Shown: positions 55,069-64,000 of the stretch, in pieces
Position numbering within the stretch: position 1 is the first letter of the stretch
How the letters are laid out: the number at the start of each line of letters is the position of its first letter
Assembly (NCBI GenBank): GCA_964016885.1
Contig: OZ024747.1
Coordinates: forward strand, 64,914,001 to 64,978,000
Length of the DNA: 64,000 nucleotides
Reading direction: 5' to 3'
DNA from: Eledone cirrhosa
Lineage: Eukaryota
Program-made: the position numbers and the translations under genes
Notes under the pieces: generated by a model
Database searches by the model: none
Seen by the model: the letters and a program-made list of their open reading frames with translations, nothing else
Told to the model about the DNA's origin: nothing

Positions 55069-55591
55069 CATAATCATAATAATAATGCTGAAAAGCTTTT
55101 ATATTGTTGGAGCCTCGTTATCATTTCATCTGCATATTTCTCTTCAAAATATCTTTCATCTAAAATATGTAATAATGTTAACTTACTTCTGGAACCATTG
55201 CATGCAATATAACAATGTATTATCGTCGCCATTTTATATTGGCCATTTTTAAAAAAAAGTTATTATATTTTCTATTGTTTTGTTGTTTTTATTTATAAGC
55301 AAATCAGGGTTTTGGCATACGATGTAGAATTTATATCGGACTTAGTTGTTTACATGTCGATATAGATATTTTATATGTAGATATTTTATTTGACTTACAT
55401 AACCAGAATCAGTTATTATTCATTTTTATTAATCACAGGGATTCAATGAATGACATCAGTCTGGTCATAGGAACTGCTAGAGATAGCACCCCAAATGCCA
55501 TCAACCATACATGCCGTCATAAGTCAGTATAAAAGGGAATGTTATGTTAAATAATAAAACAGTGTTAGTGATAGTGTACGTGTATATATAT

Positions 55592-55805
55592 AAAAGTAAT
55601 CTGAGTTTTTCGAATATTAAAAATAACATTCGATACGTTTGCAATTATGCAAACAGCCGCTTTAAAGCCATGTCAGTAGAATGACCTCGTCATTCTTGCT
55701 CTTGTGTTGGCATGTAAACAGAACTGCAAACAGTTTCTGGGTAATTACCCTTCTTCAGTGTAGGATACTGCCTACCTGCCAACTGTCAGAGCTAGTGAAA
55801 ATATA
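55592..55805 (-). mobile_element. Family W second copy with HHR motif at 55724-55763
   Basis: CTACA-CTGAAGA-AGGGTAATTACCCA-GAAA-CTG-TT-TGCAG. Confidence 0.7.
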
Positions 55806-55879
55806 ACTGTTTGTTTGTTTTATATATATTTATGAAAGGTGCGTGTGTTTTTATTGACAGCATAATCCTCCCAAATTAT

Positions 55880-55964
<85 letters not shown>

Positions 55965-56048
55965 TAAGTTATTCCGGGTTGAATCGGAGGTAACCACAGT
56001 AAGTAAGGTACTCAATACATAGCAGAGTATAAAAGTTTTAATATAGAT

Positions 56049-56101
56049 GAGATTCTACAGGACTAGAACTGTTTCATTCTTGAGAAATCATCAGGAATCT
56101 C
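56049..56101 (-). ncRNA. Type I hammerhead ribozyme
   Basis: GAGATTC-CTGATGA-TTTCTCAAGAAT-GAAA-CAG-TTCTAGTC-CTG-TA-GAATCTC; perfect 7-bp stem I. Confidence 0.88.
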
Positions 56102-56126
56102 TGATGATTTCTCAAGAAATTCTCAA

Positions 56127-56175
56127 GATTCCTGATGATTTCCTTGGAATGAAACAGTTCTTGTCCTGTAGAAGC
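56127..56175 (+). ncRNA. Type I hammerhead ribozyme (other subfamily)
   Basis: GATTC-CTGATGA-TTTCCTTGGAAT-GAAA-CAG-TTCTTGTC-CTG-TA-GAAGC. Confidence 0.8.
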
Positions 56176-56256
56176 CATTTCTATATTAAATAACTATACT
56201 CTGCTATGTATTGAGTATCTTACTTACTGTGGTTGCCCCGATTGAACTTGCGATAC

Positions 56257-56327
<71 letters not shown>

Positions 56328-57949
56328 TATGTATACGTACCTACATATGTGTATACAGACGTACAGTAGTATGTATATACATACATGCATGTATATATAT
56401 GTACGTATGGGTTTACCGAACATTTATTATAATGCTCGGCTTGTTTGTAAACAAATTTCATTTTTTCCATTTATATATATATATATATATATATCTATAT
56501 ATATATATATATATATATATTCATAGGTCTGATCGACCGCGATAACATTGTCTAAGCATAGTAACATTAAGTCGTTGAATATATCATTACATGCGAAACT
56601 ACAAGGAGAAACCAGATATTTGAACCAACGAAGGTGTCTCTATCTTCTTACAAGACGTGCTAGAAATATCAGGCAATTATTTCTCAAATTACACGTTACC
56701 GTTGTAATAATGGACACCTGATTGGGTAATCAATCAATTGATTTCGAGTATGGTACTTCGATTATGGTACTTTGTGAAGATACATTACTGAATGATCTAT
56801 ACGTAAAAGTTCTAAGTAGAGCCATGAGGTGTAAGTCACTGCTGTAAACAGCGCCAATACTACTGTAGAAAGGAAGCGTCGAATATCCCTTCCCAGAAAA
56901 TAAAGATCTTATACAAGTGTAAATATGAGAGATATATATTTAGCCTAATGATTTGTATTACTTACAGTTACTAAGAGCCTGCTCTATGCATGCTTAAGCA
57001 TTCGAAATGTATCATATTAAAACTATTCATGTCATTCAATGTGAATTGAATTGGAAGATTTATGGCGCTTTGAGTTTCTCGCATAGAATAAAATATGAAA
57101 TAAGATGGTGGAACGTAATTGATTCTAGGTTCACGTAATTGTTTCTAGGATCATGAAATATTTTCATGGAAATATATTGTTTAATATAAAAACAAATACT
57201 AATATTCAAGTTACTGTTTCTCCTAGGAGACAAAACAACCTCGGTAGCCTCTAATTAGCAAGGGGAAGCGACAGTGATTGCAAGAACGTTAGTTCTTTTA
57301 TTATTTATTTCATTTACCTAAAACCTACTCTTCCATATTGAATCATATAAAACTGCTAGTTCAGCATAGTAAAAGATATGCTATTATCCTTATACAAACG
57401 ATAAAGAGAGAGCAAATATTTTATGATAAATACCTGGCACATTTAATTCGACTGAAATCTGTCATCCCTTTATGCATCGCAATATATAATCGAACAATGT
57501 ATATCGGTGATGTTATTAAACATCAATTTATTTTAAACTTATTATTTTCTTGTTTATTCTTTCTCTACAGTATACCACTTCAATCTAAAATGCATTATTC
57601 ACAGATTTTCGCTTCTCTTTTGATGATTAAATTCATAAATGACATTTTCGGCGTGACAGATTTTCACTTTGTAATCGCATCAGATGATGACTCAGGCATC
57701 CAACATATTATTTTAGAAAGCTCTCAGGAACCAAACGCCATTTCCATTTACCTCTACGGTTATCTCAACATTGAAGTAATTGTTGCTTTATTACATTATA
57801 TCACTCACTGCTTTCTGGACTAAAGTTTTATGTTGTTGGCATATGAAAAAAAAATTAGATAACATACTTTTGCTGATGTCATTCCATATGTAGTATTTAT
57901 ATGAGTTGGAAGACTAGAGAGGCTCATCACTTGTAACATAGTTCTACAC

Positions 57950-58395
57950 CTGAGGTTCTCAAAGTGGGCGCCCCGGGGGGCGTTGAGAAGGTCCAGGAGG
58001 TGCTGGTGACTAAGGGGGTGATGGGGAAGCGGTAGAGATTATATAATAATATATTCAATATCGAATGATATATATTATACATAAATATAGTAAAATAAAA
58101 AATATATAATATATATTTATACATTGTATATATATATTATAATCCCGCCGAGGTTAACTTTGCCTTTCATCCTTACGGGGTCGATAAAATAAAGTACCAG
58201 TAATGCACTGGGTGATTGCTGGCCTTGTGCCTAAAGTAGAAACAATTATTTATTATATATAAATTGACGATTTTATCTATTATATATTATTTACATTTAA
58301 CGTGTAGGCAGGTCTCTCTGGAAATATGGGTGGGGACGCTGAGTGTATTACGTGGTCGTGAGGGGGCGGTGGCCCAAAAAGTTTGAGAACCTCTG
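57950..58395. mobile_element. hAT (Charlie-like) MITE with a nested SINE fragment (58141-58250)
   Basis: TIRs CTGAGGTTCTCAAA / TTTGAGAACCTCTG. Confidence 0.75.
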
Positions 58396-58475
58396 TTATA
58401 CCTGTTCAGCATTTCATTTCTAACGCATATATATCGTATACTTTCATGTATAAGGTGCATTTTCTAGGAAACTAT

Positions 58476-58786
58476 TACGTGAAAAACCAGCATACAACTT
58501 ATATACTGGATCTACAAAACCATGTTCAGAATATGCGGTACAGTGTAAATTCTGTATGTAAAATAGAGGCTTGATGTAACTAGAGGTGCGACCTATACAC
58601 AAATATATATAATTCGTTAGTTTTACTGGAAAGGTTACTACGTGAAAAGCCAGCATGCAACTTATATATTGGACTTACAAAACCCAATCAGAATATGCGA
58701 TATAGTGTAAATTCTGTATGTAAAATAAAGGCTTGCTGTAATTAGAGATGCGACCTATACACAAGTATATATAATTCATTAGTTTT
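58476..58786. repeat. ~163-bp tandem duplication
   Basis: TACGTGAAAARCCAGCATRCAACTTATATA...TGCGACCTATACACAA twice. Confidence 0.88.
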
Positions 58787-59282
58787 AGTAGAGTTCTATC
58801 ATAAATACAGTTCCGGTCCTATTCATGACTTGCATTGTACAATCAACATTTTCGATAATGTTTTTCTTCTATTCATATCTATATTGTACAATTTATAGTT
58901 TCAGGCATCGCATCTCTGTTTGTTTGATGCCATTGGTGTTCAATATCAAGTATATAACCTTTATTGGTAATATTTAAAATGTAATATCTAGTAGTAATTA
59001 GTAAATAATGAATGAAGCTGTGTAAATATTTATGAAAGTTAATAGTATAATATGAACTTTGCTAATATTTATAGCGTAATAGTATAACTGTGATTCTAAT
59101 AAAACTGCTATTCAGGTAGAATTATTGTGAAATATGTTGGGTTTCTACACAGAGGAAGTAGGAACGAAAGACATAGACATCCATATTTTCCCATAAAATT
59201 GATCATAGATTTGATTTAAATAAATATCATAGCGCTACAAAAATTGACTCCATTAATTTAATGAATCTTCTTCTGCACAGAT

Positions 59283-59488
59283 ATATTTTAATCTGTTTTA
59301 AACAAAGTTCAATCAATTTGTTTTTGCAATACAGTAGGTGTTCAGATGAAAAATAAAATTTTTTACTCAGTTATATCATTTCTAATATATTTTAATCTGT
59401 TTTAAACAAGGTTCAATCAATTTGTTTTTGCAATACAGTAGGTGTTCAGATGAAAAATAAAATTTGTTACTGTTATATCATTTCTAAT
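59283..59488. repeat. ~103-bp tandem duplication
   Basis: TTCAATCAATTTGTTTTTGCAATACAGTAGGTGTTCAGATGAAAAATAAAATTT twice. Confidence 0.9.
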
Positions 59489-59575
59489 GTAATCTTCAAC
59501 ATGAATATATTGCGACCATATTTATATTGTTATCCTCATTATTTTCATTAACGACAGCGGTGTCGTTGATTGAAA

Positions 59576-59745
59576 TAATTGTTTCTACTTTTGGCACAAG
59601 GTCAGCAATTATCCAAGCGTATTACTGGTACTTTATTTTATCGACCCCGTAAGGATGAAAGGCAAAGTTAACCTCGGCGGGATTTGAACTCAGATTATAA
59701 AAGGCCGTAACTCTATGCTGCAAAGCATGGCGTCCGACCCTCTAC
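59576..59745 (-). mobile_element. SINE, major family
   Basis: Reverse complement of the consensus. Confidence 0.85.
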
Positions 59746-59984
59746 CTCCAAATGACCCTCTACCTCCAAATGACGGCCATGACGATCCTCATCACCACCG
59801 CCATGATCATTATCACCACCACCATTATCTTAATTACAACCACCAAATACGTAGTCATCAACATCATCACTATCATCATTATTCACACCATCTTTATCAG
59901 AACGCGCAGGGCTGTACGGTGGGGTTAGGGGGGGGGCTGCATGACATGGTATGATTCCCTAACTGCTTGACATATGGCGTTTCT

Positions 59985-60270
59985 ACGGCTTTTATCAAAC
60001 CTGTCGGAGCCTGTCCCCTCTCCACGTCTGAAAACAGCAGATCTATCCCAGAGAAGGATAGAGAGTGAGAGAATGGAAATAAGAAAGAGATGTAGAGGAA
60101 GAATCGACCCCAGATACTTGACTGATACATTTTTTATCGACCTCGAATGGATGAAAGGCAAAGTTGTCCTCGCTGGGATTTGAACTCAGAGAGTTGAACG
60201 TACAGAGTCGAAACGAATTCCGTAAACCATTCTATCCGACGTTCTAACCACTGCTAATTCGTCGCCTTAC
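59985..60270 (-). mobile_element. SINE, variant-tail family (as 10890-11205)
   Basis: GGAGCCTGTCCCCTCTCCA...TTTTATCGACCTCGAATGGATGAAAGGCAAAGTTG. Confidence 0.75.
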
Positions 60271-61399
60271 TGTACGGGGAACAATGACATCTATATATAA
60301 ACAAATACGATCCTGTCACAACACGTAAAAGAGAGGAGTAGTTTGACTACCTCATACTACTGCTCTCTCTTTACATCTGCTGCTTGCGTGAATGTATGTG
60401 TGTGTGTAAAAGGAAGGAAGGGGATGGTGAAACATCTACGCTGTGTGTGGGTGTATGTGTGTATTTGTGTAAATGTATGTGTGTGTGTTTGTGTGAATGT
60501 ATGTATGTGTTTGTGTGAATGTCTGTCTGTGCATGTGTATTTTTGTAAAATGTGTCTGTTTTTGTTTGTTTTTTTTTGCATTTATATATTATATAATCAT
60601 ACATATAAATGTATGCACATACATACACGCACATGCATATACACATACGCGTTAGCGTATGGAAAAAAATTCTAGTATTCAAAATTATTGGAATGTGAAT
60701 GGAAACTATGTCACAGTTAAATTTAAAGTTTAGTCTTCAGTTTCCAAATTTGAATTCATACCGAAAACATATTTACTAAAAAGTATTCTATTCGTAATAT
60801 AACTCTTATCTGATTTTCTATATTTATCTACGTTATATTCAGCTTCGCATAAGGATTTAACTATAATAACATATAACACAGACCGGTTTTATAATATATA
60901 ATTCAACTAATTTAATGTTAACTGCAAATAGCTTTCTTACCAAACTAATATTAGAAATATATTATTATATATCAACGTGCAATATTGTACCCACGGGGAA
61001 AACGAATCCATAAAGCCATATATTCAACGTTTATTTTCAAACATATTTCTCTCGGGGAAAAACATTAATATACGAAAACGGGTTTCATGTATATGGCAGA
61101 GTAAAAATGAAATAACAAAGAATTTGAGAAAATTCTTCAGAAATTTATAAATATGCATATATCATATACATTTAGTGAAATTATTTATTAAATAACACTG
61201 CAGAAAATACTTCAGAATCTTCAAACATTAAATAACAATATTACCAACGGCACTAATAATTTTACGTGATTATGAAGCTTTTACGCTTAAGTGGAGGTAT
61301 TATTTAAATACTTTATAATATCTAAAATGTTTAGAAAGTTATTTAAAACTCCACAGAATAAACCAATCTTGATTGTAGCAATTTTAAGTTCCAACAATT

Positions 61400-61610
61400 T
61401 TAGAAACAATTCGGATGAAAAAATAAATTTGCGAAATTCCAGAGATTCTAATATAAATATGTTATTTTTATGATACGATAATTGTGATAGATATATTGCA
61501 TATTGAATGGAATTGAAATAACAGGGAAACGTTCCAACTCGTTTTTGAATTGATAGATTTGAGAAGAAGAAGAATGGAAGATGTGATATCAAAGAATGGC
61601 GTAAATAAAT
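61400..61610 (+). pseudogene. Possible Tc1 transposase C-terminal relic
   Basis: NSRDSNI (SPDLNPI-like) then EW..ETFQLVFELIDLRRRRMEDVISKNG (LIDSMPRRMEAVI..KG-like). Confidence 0.35.
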
Positions 61611-62015
61611 GGATTGCAGCAGCTGTAATTCTTACAGCTGAAGAGACCATGTTTGGAAAAATGGAAAAAAACTAATAATTTTACAAGAATTCGTTTTTTT
61701 AAAAGCAAAGACACACACATATACACAGATGCACTCACGCACACACGCACTGAAACACACACAGATACACTCACTCACACACAAACACACACAGACACAC
61801 TCACATACACGCACACACGAACACAAACATACACATACACACACTCAAACCAGCATAAAGAATTGGTTTTTGTGAAGGTTATTGTTACTACAATTGAATG
61901 TGTTTTTATTTCAGGTTTTGAAGTACATTCTATACATTTTTACAACTATTTTGCATGGAATGTCTCTTGTAGATTGGAACGTGTCCTACGGTATTTATTT
62001 TTATGAGAATGAAGG

Positions 62016-62039
<24 letters not shown>

Positions 62040-62052
<13 letters not shown>

Positions 62053-62683
62053 TGAGGATGTCTGTCTGTGTGTGTCTGTGTCTGTGTGTCTGTGAGTTTG
62101 AATTCCTAAAACTCAAGAAGCACCCAACCGATCTTTTTCAAACTTTACATGTGTATTACTTATGTTACAGGGAGTATTATGCACATAAAACAATTCAACC
62201 TTTTGATCCCTAGGGCCCGCATTAGGTGAAAAACTGCGTTTTTTCAGCTTTTTAGGAGTTTTTTTAGACGCTACGTCAGGCCGATTTCCTTGAAATTGTA
62301 ACTATGTATTAGTCCGTCTCTTCTTCATACCGTGAGCAAAGAAAATCCAACTTTTATATGGCCTAGGGCCTGCATTAGGTGAAAAACTTCATTTTTTTTC
62401 AGCTTTTTAGGGCTTTTTTGAGGCGTTACATCTAGCCGTATTTCCCGAAATTTCAAGGCATATTATGTACATAAAAAAAAAAATTCATTTTCTTGATTCC
62501 CTAGGGCCCGCATTAGGTGAAAACCTGCATTTTTCCTGCTTCATCGAGGAAAATCTTAAACATTATCCAGCCATCAGAGTATTCGGTTTATTTTCATTAC
62601 AGGCATGAATTTTTTCCACGATTAGGTCTGTTGGCGGCCCGCGTTCCAAAATACCTTATCCCGTGCAACGCCGGGTACCACAG
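62040..62683 (+). mobile_element. Non-autonomous Helitron-like element
   Basis: TATATAAAA start, (TGTC)n, three CCTAGGGCCYGCATTAGGTGAAAA subrepeats, 3' hairpin CCCGTGCAACGCCGGG; terminal CTAG missing. Confidence 0.65.
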
Positions 62684-62881
62684 AACACACTCATTGTTTG
62701 GTTGGTTTTTGCTTCTGTATCTTTTATATCAGTTAATTTATTCGGTCCTCAATGTTTACCAACGGTCAAAATTACAGATAAAATATAGACACAAACATAT
62801 ATATATATAGTCTAACAAACTTCTTTCGTTGCACATCTGCAACATCGTCAGTGGTGCTATTATGTTTCCTCCTGTTTTATG

Positions 62882-62937
<56 letters not shown>

Positions 62938-62979
62938 TATATTTCGTATATATATATATTATATATATATATATATACA

Positions 62980-63039
<60 letters not shown>

Positions 63040-63040
63040 C

Positions 63041-63078
<38 letters not shown>

Positions 63079-63387
63079 GTGTGTGTGCATATATATATAT
63101 ATATGCCAAGCCTAAAAACTTATAAAAGGGAAACTCCACCATCTCATATGCCATATCGTTAAGTGAGCATGCCTTCCACATTTTCTCCGTTTTTATGTGA
63201 TTTTCTTTAATGAATTATGTTTATTTGTATGCATTCCATTGAAAGGAATATTGATTAATGTATCATGGGCTCAACAGATGTTTCACTTATTACTTTATAG
63301 TGCAGTAGGATTGTACTCTTACCATGTGGTTGTGACATGAACTTTTTATATATACGACCACACAGGAACAACAACAACTACTACTAC

Positions 63388-63422
<35 letters not shown>

Positions 63423-63424
<2 letters not shown>

Positions 63425-63667
63425 CTGCCATGAAGTCAAAGTGATCCCGATTGTCATAGGCGCACTGGGGACTATCTCCAAAAGTTTCCAGGGATGGTTA
63501 AAGAAAATCGGCCCCTTCACGCTTTTTGGAACGCTTCAAAAGGCATGCTTGCTTGGAACAGCAAGAACCCTCCGATACGTCCTGAATATCTGAGGCTGCA
63601 GGTAGTGGCTTGATATTCAATCCAACGGACTTTCCAGTTAACCAACATCAATGACTGAGATTCAAGG
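63423..63667 (+). pseudogene. Dong/R4-clade non-LTR retrotransposon 3' end inserted in (TAA)n
   Basis: 63423-63593 encodes VKVIPIVIGALGTISK..LQKACLLGTARTLRYVL-stop; (AAT)n on both sides. Confidence 0.88.
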
Positions 63668-63862
63668 AATAACAACAATAATAATAATAATAATAATACT
63701 TCCACTACCACCATCACCACCACCACCACTAGTAACACTACTACTACCATCATCACCACCAGTAATACTACTATTATAATCACCACCATCACCACCACCA
63801 CTAATACTAATACTAATCCTAATACTACCACTGTTACTATTATTATTATTACTACTACTAGT

Positions 63863-64000
63863 AAGGCGGTGGGCTGGCACTATCGGTAGAGGGTTTGACG
63901 CCATGCTTTACAGCAAAGAGTTAAGGCCCTTTATGGTCTGAGTTCAAATCCCGCCGAGGTTAACTTCGTCTTTCATCCTTACGGGGTCGGTCGATAAAAT
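63863..64000 (+). mobile_element. SINE, major family (runs off the window)
   Basis: AAGGCGGTGGGCTGGCACTATCGGTAGAG...CTTTCATCCTTACGGGGTCG. Confidence 0.85.

Larger units (their letters stand above)
55962..56260. mobile_element. Family O head-to-head fold-back with an HHR in each arm
   Basis: Arms 55975-56101 and 56126-56240; (TA)n on both sides. Confidence 0.85.

Noticed and set aside
57338-57823. 161-aa ORF as a single-exon gene
   Set aside because: Non-ATG start, AT-rich composition and no homology; only a sub-segment is kept as a weak exon candidate.

Overview
AT-rich eukaryotic, apparently gene-free (intergenic or intronic) DNA made mostly of microsatellites ((TA)n, (TG)n, (TACA)n, (TAA)n) and interspersed repeats. 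The SINE repertoire suggests an octopod cephalopod, but this is an inference. The only real long ORF is an intact RTE-clade LINE (28170-31715, minus) with APE endonuclease, RT and three C2H2 zinc fingers. Also present are relics of Tx1-, RTE/RTEX-, Dong/R4-, mariner-, Tc1- and Helitron-type elements, several MITEs and about 18 copies of one SINE. The main hidden signal is in the short non-coding islands between the (TA)n runs. About ten families of 150-550 bp elements carry complete or degenerate type I hammerhead ribozymes (HHRs), often with a palindromic stem III and a downstream AATAAA. They occur as circularly permuted tandem units and head-to-head fold-backs, like Penelope-like-element-dependent retrozymes. 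One further family of the same architecture carries a tRNA-like cloverleaf instead, and its fold-backs break just 3' of tRNA position 58. All folding and alignment was done by eye, and repeat boundaries are approximate.
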